Virus record (IMG/VR): IMGVR_UViG_3300025655_000022
Span: 1 to 64,000 of that record
From: a virus
Length of the DNA stretch: 64,000 nt
Reading direction: 5' to 3' (one strand)
Position numbers and translations under genes: made by a program
Notes under the pieces: generated by a model
Database searches by the model: none
Told to the model about the DNA's origin: nothing
What the model saw: the letters and a program-made list of their open reading frames with translations, nothing else
Shown here: in pieces, positions 27,224 to 35,470 of the stretch
Layout: each line of letters starts with the position of its first letter
Numbering within the stretch: position 1 is the first letter of the stretch

Positions 27224-28262
27224 TGAATAACTCGTTTAATTTTTTATCTTGTTCTTGTGCAAATTCAAAGAATCTTTTTCTATTATAAACTAGATCAGGA
27301 AGCATGTCAACATACATACTGTTTAAATCTGCTGTAGTTAGATATTTAACGGCTTCTGTGATAGCTGGGATTATTTGTTCTTCGTTTACATCTTCTAACT
27401 CAACTGGGAAGTAATGCGTAAATGTTTTAAATCCGTTGTCTCTTAACCATTGATATATCTGCGGCTGACCGTTAATAAGGAACGGGCGCATGCCTATGAT
27501 TGGTTTCCATGTCTTTTCAGTGACAAACATAGGATCCCACGGCCGCCATTCTGTTTCAGATATGATGTTCAAAAAGTGCTTGCGCCAGATATCTAACCTT
27601 CCAAGACTGCAAACATCAAACGGCACACCACCAAATGCATTATAGCCGCTTACAGACTCTGGAGCATAATCTTCTGGTGCATCATTATTAATTTTTAAAA
27701 ATACATCTGTGTTAATGCCTTCGCTTGCGTCATAATCAGCATTGTTAAGTCCTAATGTAACAATACCATCATCAAGTAAATTGTTGTGCTTTAAGGATTC
27801 AACAATACGAATTCTATGTGGTTTGGGTTTTCTATTTAAACACATGTATTTGTATTCTATAGTTTCTAAACGCACATCTTCGTCTGTGTAATTTGGAAAA
27901 TCCTGATAGCTTGCAATAGCACCTGTGTTAAATGTATATGGCCCAGTATTAAACGAAGATCCAACATGAAACACACGGTTTACACCAAGACGTTGTTCAA
28001 TCTCGTTACGCTGTTTTTCTGTTATTGTTAGAGGGTCAACAGGAGCCAACCAAAATAGATTATCGTACGTCTTATTAATGCTACAAACCTGTTCCCATAT
28101 TCCATTTTTAAACTGCGGACCTAGCCAGGTGATATTAACTATTAAGTTACGTTCGTTAGGAAAGTTAAACTCAACTTGACGTTTTACTGTATCAATAATA
28201 TAATGCTCTTGTTTGCCCCACGGTTCATTAATGGCAAAATGTGTTCCAATAAATGTTATCAT
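27207..28262 (-). CDS. TEK-motif putative glycosyltransferase, paralog 3
   Basis: CLNRKPKPHR; SET..FVTEKTWKPI..PFLING..LRDNGFKTF. Start at ATG 28262 (ATGA overlap). Confidence 0.55.
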   Translation of the reverse strand: MITFIGTHFAINEPWGKQEHYIIDTVKRQVEFNFPNERNLIVNITWLGPQFKNGIWEQVCSINKTYDNLFWLAPVDPLTITEKQRNEIEQRLGVNRVFHVGSSFNTGPYTFNTGAIASYQDFPNYTDEDVRLETIEYKYMCLNRKPKPHRIRIVESLKHNNLLDDGIVTLGLNNADYDASEGINTDVFLKINNDAPEDYAPESVSGYNAFGGVPFDVCSLGRLDIWRKHFLNIISETEWRPWDPMFVTEKTWKPIIGMRPFLINGQPQIYQWLRDNGFKTFTHYFPVELEDVNEEQIIPAITEAVKYLTTADLNSMYVDMLPDLVYNRKRFFEFAQEQDKKLNELFNEQTT

Positions 28263-29671
28263 TGATTGGCCCAGTACTTGCATTCATTCCACCAGGCTGC
28301 CATTTCCGGAAATACCTGCAAAAAGTCATAATTGTGACGATGGTCATATTCATTAAAAAATCTATAGAAATCTCCCTTGTGCTTTTGTGAATTTTCAATA
28401 GGTGTTTTCATCCAAGCAATGTCTCTGTCCAGGCGTTTAATTTCGTAATCTTTAAATCCTTTAAAGCGTGTTCGTGGTGTTTCAACATGTTCCATCATCC
28501 ACATCATTAGATCTTCTAGTTTGTCTGCGTACATATCCGGAAGCAATCGCATACTCTGCCATTTGGGAGTGTGCAATACAGGAGTATCAAACCAAACACG
28601 CTGATAGGTATTACTATAAAGTTGTCTTAATCCATATATTCCAGTAAACAAATGTTCTAAACTGGTTACTGATAGATTATTCATTGTAATAATAAATGTT
28701 AAACTACTTCTATATGGTACTTCTGTTAAAAATTGATTTACACGATCCCATAATAAATTAAAGTTTAGTCCAGCACGCATATATTCTGCTTGTTTACCAA
28801 ACCCATCAAGTGAAACATATTGCATAAAATGTTCAACATTCTCACCTTCATTACAAATACGTTTCACATAATCAATATATTTGTCCCATAGTTTTTGTTC
28901 TACACTGAGATTAGATGTTACATTTAGGTGTAAGTCTGGTTTTGGATTCTCTAATACATAATCAAACACACGATATGTGTTTTTATCCATTAGTGGTTCA
29001 CCGCCTGTCATGCGGAAATGTTTTAAATCAGGATACAACTCTGGCCACCATTGCCAAAATGCTTCTACGTATGGATTATACTCTGAATGCGGAATAGGTC
29101 TACGTTCTCCTTGGAAGTGTACAGGATCGTTATGAGGAACGCTTGTTGGATACGCACCATGTTCTTTTGCCTGGCGCATCCACGAACTGCTAAATTGGGG
29201 TGAGCAATAACTACACTCTAAATTACAAGCAGAGTTAAAGTTCACCTCAACATACGCAGGGTTAGTGTCTGCCATTGGGTCAGCTACAACTTCATCAAAC
29301 TTTTCAATAGCCCACGGTTCTCCTGAACGGTAGTGTCTATCACTAAGTTTTCCGTTATCTTCCATTGCCCAACAATAGAAGCACTCCTCAGGACGTTCGC
29401 CTGCGATCATCTTTTCACGCTGTAGTTTTTTATAATCAGTGTTATGCAACTTACCGGGATTTCCGGCGAGTTCTTCTACAGGTATTTTGCGTAGTGGTGG
29501 ATGATAACATGAGTTATTCATGCCATTGGTTAAATGCAAACTTACCTGCTTCCATTTAGCCAAGCAGAAACTTGGACTCACTGTATCTAATTTTTGTTGT
29601 GCTATTTCTGCATCACTTAAGAACTTTGACTTAAAGTCCTTGTCTACTTCGTCACCTTTATTTTGGTTCAT
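28259..29671 (-). CDS. radical SAM protein with N-terminal twitch-like domain (HPP subfamily)
   Basis: CNLECSYC, TGGEP; CLAKW..SCYHPP..CFYCW. Confidence 0.92.
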   Translation of the reverse strand: MNQNKGDEVDKDFKSKFLSDAEIAQQKLDTVSPSFCLAKWKQVSLHLTNGMNNSCYHPPLRKIPVEELAGNPGKLHNTDYKKLQREKMIAGERPEECFYCWAMEDNGKLSDRHYRSGEPWAIEKFDEVVADPMADTNPAYVEVNFNSACNLECSYCSPQFSSSWMRQAKEHGAYPTSVPHNDPVHFQGERRPIPHSEYNPYVEAFWQWWPELYPDLKHFRMTGGEPLMDKNTYRVFDYVLENPKPDLHLNVTSNLSVEQKLWDKYIDYVKRICNEGENVEHFMQYVSLDGFGKQAEYMRAGLNFNLLWDRVNQFLTEVPYRSSLTFIITMNNLSVTSLEHLFTGIYGLRQLYSNTYQRVWFDTPVLHTPKWQSMRLLPDMYADKLEDLMMWMMEHVETPRTRFKGFKDYEIKRLDRDIAWMKTPIENSQKHKGDFYRFFNEYDHRHNYDFLQVFPEMAAWWNECKYWANQ

Positions 29672-30617
29672 TATATAAATCTAATAGTCTATTATAATTA
29701 TGATCTAAGATATCTTGCATATTCTTTAGCATCCAACTAATCTCTTCGGTAGATTCTTTTGCTAGGGTATCAATTACACGAGTTATTTCATGTATAGAGT
29801 GGGTATGTGGATCTTCGTCATATCCCTCGTCCCAAAAATCATTAAATGTTTTAAATCCCAAATTGCGTAAATTCTTTAGATAGCCTGCCGGGCCTTGCAC
29901 AATAAATGGAGTCTTTAATAATATTGGACGCCATATCTTTTCGGTCGGGAAAAATGTATTTCCGGTAAAATAGGTTTCACAAACAATCTCAATAGCAAAT
30001 TGACTGTACTTGTTTAAAAAATCATCAGAGTCATTCTTAAATAATTGCTGTGCAGGATTAATATCAAGAGTCTTATCGATTTCAACAGATTGTGTATTAA
30101 TCGGGCACTGGTTAATGTAGTTAGCAATATCTGTTATGTCAGTAATATTGTATTCGAGCATTAGTCTCTCTAGACCAATGTTAGCAGCATAGAACTCGTT
30201 GTCTAAATCTAAATGATTTGTGTGTAATGAAATATTGCGATGATTATTATAAAGGTACGACGACAAGTAAAGCCTTGGTGCGTTTCCTCGGCCGACAAAT
30301 AATCCAAAATGTTTTAGATCATTTGATTTTTTTATTGTGGATTCATATTCAAGTGCGTTATATACCAGGTGTATAGGAAAAGTCGATGACGGCTCTAGCA
30401 TATTACAAGTTTGGAAAGTAATGTTACCGGTATAGTTAACAGTAGTTTTAATGGTATCGATATATTCATCTATGCCAAGTGTTGTAAAGTCTGGGCCTTC
30501 TGAGTTTAGGTCTATTAGCAGATCCTGATTGGTATATAATGCTTGGGCTATTTTTGAATGGACCTCCACGGTGTTCCACACTACACTATCGCTAGTTTTA
30601 ACCTTAACTGTTATCAT
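29658..30617 (-). CDS. TEK-motif putative glycosyltransferase, paralog 4
   Basis: CET..FFPTEKIWRPI..PFIVQG..LRNLGFKTF..WDEGYD. Confidence 0.55.
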   Translation of the reverse strand: MITVKVKTSDSVVWNTVEVHSKIAQALYTNQDLLIDLNSEGPDFTTLGIDEYIDTIKTTVNYTGNITFQTCNMLEPSSTFPIHLVYNALEYESTIKKSNDLKHFGLFVGRGNAPRLYLSSYLYNNHRNISLHTNHLDLDNEFYAANIGLERLMLEYNITDITDIANYINQCPINTQSVEIDKTLDINPAQQLFKNDSDDFLNKYSQFAIEIVCETYFTGNTFFPTEKIWRPILLKTPFIVQGPAGYLKNLRNLGFKTFNDFWDEGYDEDPHTHSIHEITRVIDTLAKESTEEISWMLKNMQDILDHNYNRLLDLYNEPK

Positions 30618-31146
30618 CTAATAGAAAGCCTGATACCTGTAAAGTAAACTTATCTTGAAAGCCAGCATTAGCACCAAGATGCCACACCTCTGAATCCCAC
30701 ATTAATGCATCGCCGGCTTTCCAATGTGTAAAAACTGTATCACCGTACTGTATAAAATGTCCCATTTTCCAGTCTTCTAGATGTACATTAGCACGAACTT
30801 TTAATCTGGTATCGTTAGGATATTTACTAGTAATCTGATAAAACATATCTCTGTGCAAAGGAATAACACATCCTGGACGTTGTCTAATAGCACTAACAGA
30901 AATTACTTCCATACCTAATTGTTTACCTAAATCTTCATAATCAATTTGTGTGTTGTCATACCATAATTGATTAATTCTTGTATTATCGTAAGAATACGAA
31001 TCTGGAAAACCGCCATATTCTTGGTGTATATCGGCGCACTCAGTGATTTGGTGTTTAATGCACGATCCTTCGTGTGTATTAAAGTCGTCATTAACAAACC
31101 TACTATAATTAATATCTAAATGTTTTTTATTAAAATACATTATCAT
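30604..31146 (-). CDS. Fe(II)/2-oxoglutarate oxygenase-like double-stranded beta-helix protein
   Basis: PGCVIPLHRD (HxD), distal WHLGAN His, FTLQVSG terminal strand. Confidence 0.7.
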   Translation of the reverse strand: MIMYFNKKHLDINYSRFVNDDFNTHEGSCIKHQITECADIHQEYGGFPDSYSYDNTRINQLWYDNTQIDYEDLGKQLGMEVISVSAIRQRPGCVIPLHRDMFYQITSKYPNDTRLKVRANVHLEDWKMGHFIQYGDTVFTHWKAGDALMWDSEVWHLGANAGFQDKFTLQVSGFLLDDNS

Positions 31147-32069
31147 CCCTCTTGTGTTCTAACAACATCTATCTCACGTACAGTAGCACCCATATTGTGC
31201 CAATTACTGCGATAATGATGTTTAAAAAATTTACTTGATTTTGCGTCTAGTAGAATCATTGGCAAATCTAAACGTCCTGTTAAACGCTCGCCATAAAATT
31301 CAATCATTTCATGCGGATCGTTGTTTTGTGTTGTAGACCATAATTCTGCTAAATTATCGAACCATTGTACTTCTCGGTAATCCCAGTCTTCAAGCATAGT
31401 CATAGATGTGCCTTGACGTGCACCAGCAATCGCCCACGCTCCGTTTTCTACATCAAGTCCAACATTGTGCCAAATAGTTAAATGGTCCATGTTACGCTTA
31501 TGCACTGCATCCTTAAACTCGATTTCAGTCGGTTTACGTCCACGGTCCAAACACATCTTAACACCTTCCCTAAAACCTGCTCGCCACGCTTGAAATGCAC
31601 TGCCGTTTGGATATGTTGTACTATAACAATCATGCATAGACCAGTACAATGGATCAAAACAAAATTCTACGCAGGTATCATTAGACCCGTCTGATGCTTC
31701 GTGTGTTTTCATGTTTCGAATGAATTCACGTGTCCAGCAACTTAATCCACCGTTGCCGTACATAAGCCCATTAATATGATTAACTGCTCTCCAACGAAAC
31801 ACAGCCCGCTCATACTCTGGCGTTTTCATTTCTAGTTGTAGATTAAAGAATTCTGGATTTGGCAAATTATCGCCGTCAATAAGCACAAAACGTTCGGTTG
31901 TGCTTGCTTCTGCGGCTGCTTTGTGTGCAGCATCTGAACCTTTTACTCCGTCGACACGAACAGCCCAAGGTATCATGTTTTTAATTTTAACCCAGAATTC
32001 TTCTTTCTGTGGCTCATCATAACTTAGATACACAACATCCAAGTCGGCAATATCAATAATATCACTCAT
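31143..32069 (-). CDS. putative glycosyltransferase (GT-A fold)
   Basis: DVVYLSYDEP, RVDGVKG, FVLIDGDN (DxD), NGLMYGNGG, AWRAGFREGVK. Confidence 0.65.
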   Translation of the reverse strand: MSDIIDIADLDVVYLSYDEPQKEEFWVKIKNMIPWAVRVDGVKGSDAAHKAAAEASTTERFVLIDGDNLPNPEFFNLQLEMKTPEYERAVFRWRAVNHINGLMYGNGGLSCWTREFIRNMKTHEASDGSNDTCVEFCFDPLYWSMHDCYSTTYPNGSAFQAWRAGFREGVKMCLDRGRKPTEIEFKDAVHKRNMDHLTIWHNVGLDVENGAWAIAGARQGTSMTMLEDWDYREVQWFDNLAELWSTTQNNDPHEMIEFYGERLTGRLDLPMILLDAKSSKFFKHHYRSNWHNMGATVREIDVVRTQEG

Positions 32070-32367
32070 AGCGTTTTAGTTTCCACGTTTGGTCAGGAGT
32101 AACGATTGCAACATCTATACCTTGTGCGACTGGTACAAGTTTCTGATAAACATATTGTCTGGGCTTAATTAATTTTCCATCAATAACTCGCACATCATAG
32201 CGTCCACTAGCATATGTTTCTTTGTCTACTATAATGTAATTACCCAATTCTTTGTCGATTGAATAAAAAACAGGTTCGCCTAGATCGTTATAATATAAAC
32301 GATATTCTAACTCTGAATGTTCTGCAGGCTGTTCTGCGTGTTCAAGTGCTTGCCAAAAGTTTGTCAT
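32062..32367 (-). CDS. hypothetical protein
   Basis: ATG 32367; EYRLYYN..G motif; overlaps both neighbours. Confidence 0.75.
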   Translation of the reverse strand: MTNFWQALEHAEQPAEHSELEYRLYYNDLGEPVFYSIDKELGNYIIVDKETYASGRYDVRVIDGKLIKPRQYVYQKLVPVAQGIDVAIVTPDQTWKLKRYE

Positions 32368-33151
32368 ATACGGGTTCCAATTCTTGTGCAAAGTCTTTTT
32401 GATGGTAGTGTACTGGATAACGCTGACTTACAGTATTAATTCTAAACTCTCCATCAATTAATTCCCATACAAGTTGTTTACACCAATCATCAGCAGCGAT
32501 GTTATTGATGTGTTTTTTCATGTGTACCAAACTTGGGTACGAAGTATCGGGTAGTGTAACACGTTCTACACCGATAAAACAGGCAGCCATTGCGTATACT
32601 AAATCAGTGTTAGCAATTTCGCCCGATCCGCCGCGCAAACTTTGCTTATATACATCCCAATTTTCAAAAATATGTCTTACTCTAAAGAAAAAATCTTTTG
32701 CTGTTTTACTAACACGCCAATATGTAATAGCATTATATACATCTGGCAAATTATTCAAATCAAATATTTTACGATAGTGTCTTGATGTTGCCGTATGTTG
32801 TAAAAAATTTTTACTACCTTGTGTTACTACTACATCGCGATGTTCCAACATAGTCCACCAATGATCAATTGGCGCAGTAACAATCATATCTGCTTCTAAC
32901 TTAATAGTTTGTCTAAATGGACTAGCAGAAAACACTTGCCAATCATCAGCCCATCCACCTACTGTAGGATATGGAAACTGTTTTACATAATCAAACACAG
33001 GATCTGAATATTCTGTATCTGTTAACAAGCATATCTTTGCTGTTGGGTGCCAGTAACGTAGGCTTTTTGCAAGAACACGTGCGCACGCAATGTAATCTAC
33101 ATCAGATGTGTTAGTAGCAACAATTAAATATCCACGTTCTGCTTCAATCAT
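32342..33151 (-). CDS. putative glycosyltransferase (GT8/GT-A-like)
   Basis: GYLIVA, DYIACA, SPFRQTIKLEADM, TDLVYAMA, PVHYHQK; paralog of 33144..33881. Confidence 0.65.
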   Translation of the reverse strand: MIEAERGYLIVATNTSDVDYIACARVLAKSLRYWHPTAKICLLTDTEYSDPVFDYVKQFPYPTVGGWADDWQVFSASPFRQTIKLEADMIVTAPIDHWWTMLEHRDVVVTQGSKNFLQHTATSRHYRKIFDLNNLPDVYNAITYWRVSKTAKDFFFRVRHIFENWDVYKQSLRGGSGEIANTDLVYAMAACFIGVERVTLPDTSYPSLVHMKKHINNIAADDWCKQLVWELIDGEFRINTVSQRYPVHYHQKDFAQELEPVYDKLLAST

Positions 33152-33881
33152 ACAATGCCTCCAAGTGCTTTTTACCCATGGCATGAAAATCCATGCCAGA
33201 CAATTCTATGCGTTTATTGTCATAGCGTACTGTATACACGTTATCTGTACGTGTTAGTACGTGTTCGGGAACAACACTTTGTAGTGTCCAGGGAATATCG
33301 AACTGTTCTGCGTTAAAATGTCCGTCAGCAATGTTTAATGCAATACTTAGTGCATAATCATTTCTGTATGGGTGTTTTTTAAAGTTATACAAGTTAGCAT
33401 AATGCTCGTAGTTTGTTTCGACCATCTGCATCGCGTCAAATATAGCACGTGCAGTGTCGGATTTTGTAAAGTACACAACAGTCGCCCACCACATTGGAAA
33501 ACGGTATTCACCAAACGTGTTTAGCTGTTTGCTCCAACCTGTACCAGTAACACTGTTTGCATTCCGATGTGCTAGAAAATCTTGGCCACTTCTAAACAAA
33601 TTTAACAATTGGTCGCTATTTACAATATAATCTGCGTCCAACAATACAGTTTGATCGTATGGTGATAACTCGTAAGCACGTGAACGTCCAGAATTTAACC
33701 ACTTTACGCTTTTATCGTAATCCGCGAACCAACGTGTACTCGAAGTTTTTGTATCTATATCGGTTATAATAGTCGTAGGTAGGCCTAAATATTGCTTAAT
33801 GTTTTTAGCACTACGTTCTGCGAGTTTGACATAATCAATATCACCGTTATTATGTGCAAATATTAAACAACCTTGCGTCAT
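33144..33881 (-). CDS. putative glycosyltransferase (GT8/GT-A-like)
   Basis: GCLIFA, DYVKLA, SPYDQTVLLDADY (DxD), RNDYALSIA, DFHAMGK. Confidence 0.7.
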   Translation of the reverse strand: MTQGCLIFAHNNGDIDYVKLAERSAKNIKQYLGLPTTIITDIDTKTSSTRWFADYDKSVKWLNSGRSRAYELSPYDQTVLLDADYIVNSDQLLNLFRSGQDFLAHRNANSVTGTGWSKQLNTFGEYRFPMWWATVVYFTKSDTARAIFDAMQMVETNYEHYANLYNFKKHPYRNDYALSIALNIADGHFNAEQFDIPWTLQSVVPEHVLTRTDNVYTVRYDNKRIELSGMDFHAMGKKHLEALYD

Positions 33882-34051
33882 TTAATTTCCAGCGCCTTTC
33901 CAATTGTGTTATCAAGATCTTGCATTGTTGTATGTAAATCTTGTTGAATTTCCAATACCCGACGTTTTGGATTTAGATTAAATTTAGCAGTAAACCAAAT
34001 ATTAACACGATCTGCAATGTCTACTAGCATTCTAAAAATTTTACGTTTCAT
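33878..34051 (-). CDS. small protein, 57 aa (absent from the ORF track)
   Basis: MKRKIFRMLVDIADRVNIWFTAKFNLNPKRRVLEIQQDLHTTMQDLDNTIGKALEIK; ATGA overlaps at both ends. Confidence 0.75.
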   Translation of the reverse strand: MKRKIFRMLVDIADRVNIWFTAKFNLNPKRRVLEIQQDLHTTMQDLDNTIGKALEIK

Positions 34052-34734
34052 ACTATTCTCTCTAGTGTATCTAAAAACAAAGCATGCGCTTCGGGCGGAT
34101 TGTGGTTATTAACATTATGTGGGCCAAATGGCATATCCCAGGGTTGTTTTTCGTATGGCGGCCATAAACTATCGCCTAGCCAGTTCCATCCCATCCAAAA
34201 CATTGGGCCAGGCATAAAGATGAAACGCAGTCCACTCTCTTGTAAAGCACGTAGTCCGTCTCTAATAACGCAGCCATCGATGTTGTACTGTAGTCCCATA
34301 TCGTGCAAATCTGCAATATATCTTTGTACTGCCTGTTTAGTATCTTCACCAACATCAATATATTGTGCTTCGACGATATTTGCTAGTGTATCGCTTACAA
34401 TAAACACTTCATCGTGATCAAACTCTTGCTCGCTGCTACACTGATATCCTCGATATTCAATATGCTTTAATTCAACAGGTGACCTCCACCCATCCGGATT
34501 ACGTACAATATTAATTCTATCACTACTAGTAGCGCCAATAACAATTAAGTCTGGTTTCTGTTTAATGGCATAATCAATTTGCAGTCTAATAGCAAAATTT
34601 GTAGCGCCAGGACGGGCAATACAATGATATTCATATTTGTTGCGTTCACAAAACTGTTGTAAAAATGTTGGGAAACCACATGTAGAGGTATCATCACTCA
34701 TAAAACTACAACCTAAGCTATATAAGGTTTTCAA
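34048..34734 (-). CDS. SGNH/GDSL-like protein (GCS variant)
   Basis: YSLGCSFMS, ARPGATN, IGATSSDR, C-terminal NHNPPEAH; TTG start overlaps the upstream TGA. Confidence 0.55.
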   Translation of the reverse strand: MKTLYSLGCSFMSDDTSTCGFPTFLQQFCERNKYEYHCIARPGATNFAIRLQIDYAIKQKPDLIVIGATSSDRINIVRNPDGWRSPVELKHIEYRGYQCSSEQEFDHDEVFIVSDTLANIVEAQYIDVGEDTKQAVQRYIADLHDMGLQYNIDGCVIRDGLRALQESGLRFIFMPGPMFWMGWNWLGDSLWPPYEKQPWDMPFGPHNVNNHNPPEAHALFLDTLERIV

Positions 34735-35120
34735 AATAACTCCCGCTCAGTTAGTACCTGAAATTCCATATTATATTCTTTACAGTATTTCTCTGCCGCC
34801 GCCCATTTTGCCTTATTAACATGCCATTTCATTTGGTAACGTGGTTTAATCTCAATTAGCTTTTGTCGCGGATTGCCGTATTTGTCAATATAGTCAACAT
34901 AAAAGTCAGGATAATAATTACGCATACGGTTTTCTTTAGGATGCATATATGGAATATGAAAACTTTCCGAATCCCAAAATTGTATTGCATCCGAACGATC
35001 ACAATATAACATAAACCTACGTTCCCATAGACTACGATAGATAGGATCTTTTTTACCTAAAAACTTTGATTTGTTTGTAGGGGTAAATTTACCTTTTACG
35101 GCTGAGTTCTTGAAATTCAT
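34731..35120 (-). CDS. gp4: head completion nuclease (T4 gp4-like, TnsA-N/PD-(D/E)xK fold)
   Basis: GKFTP..K, IYRSLWERRFM..CD, WDSE, YYPDF, LIEIKP, NKAKWAAA..C, FQVLTE. Confidence 0.85.
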   Translation of the reverse strand: MNFKNSAVKGKFTPTNKSKFLGKKDPIYRSLWERRFMLYCDRSDAIQFWDSESFHIPYMHPKENRMRNYYPDFYVDYIDKYGNPRQKLIEIKPRYQMKWHVNKAKWAAAEKYCKEYNMEFQVLTERELF

Positions 35121-35394
35121 TTAACCACCCATTCATTTGTTCTTGCCAACGTTGTTGCGCAAGCAATTCAAGTTCTAGTGTGTTAATTTGTACTGGATTG
35201 TTGTACTCGTCGACAAGCACACAGTCTTCATCTGGGCATACTGCGATAGTCATTAATAATTCTGGACCAGCACGCCACATGCCTCCGTTGTATGCAAACA
35301 ACATCTTTGCTTCGTATTTTTCACGCAGAATCTGCTTGGCTTGATTGTGATCAAACCGTGCTCGTGATTGTTTGATAATATTGTCAGTATCCAT
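35089..35394 (-). CDS. hypothetical protein
   Basis: ATG 35394; LFAYNGGMW, LVDEYNNPVQI. TATAAT lies 6 nt upstream of the ATG, so the mRNA may be leaderless. Confidence 0.75.
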   Translation of the reverse strand: MDTDNIIKQSRARFDHNQAKQILREKYEAKMLFAYNGGMWRAGPELLMTIAVCPDEDCVLVDEYNNPVQINTLELELLAQQRWQEQMNGWLNEFQELSRKR

Positions 35395-35426
35395 ATGGGT
35401 ATTATACACGATTATATATCAAAAAT

Positions 35427-35446
35427 AAAGCCCCTTGCGGGGCTTT
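35427..35446 (-). terminator. rho-independent terminator (bidirectional)
   Basis: AAAGCCCC-TTGC-GGGGCTTT flanked by A and T tracts, just downstream of the 35471..36466 stop. Confidence 0.8.
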
Positions 35447-35470
35447 TTGGTGTAATAAGTTAAAAACTTA

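Noticed and set aside
34731-35120. TnsA transposase or homing endonuclease (mobile element)
   Set aside because: Short stand-alone protein with the gp4 head-completion motif set; no TnsB/TnsC, terminal repeats or intron context.
6290-35394. Bacterial LPS/capsule locus or eukaryotic giant-virus DNA
   Set aside because: The island is contiguous and overlap-coupled with phage gp4 and adjacent to baseplate genes. It has no flippase, polymerase or exporter, and sigma70 promoters and SD sites indicate a bacterial virus.
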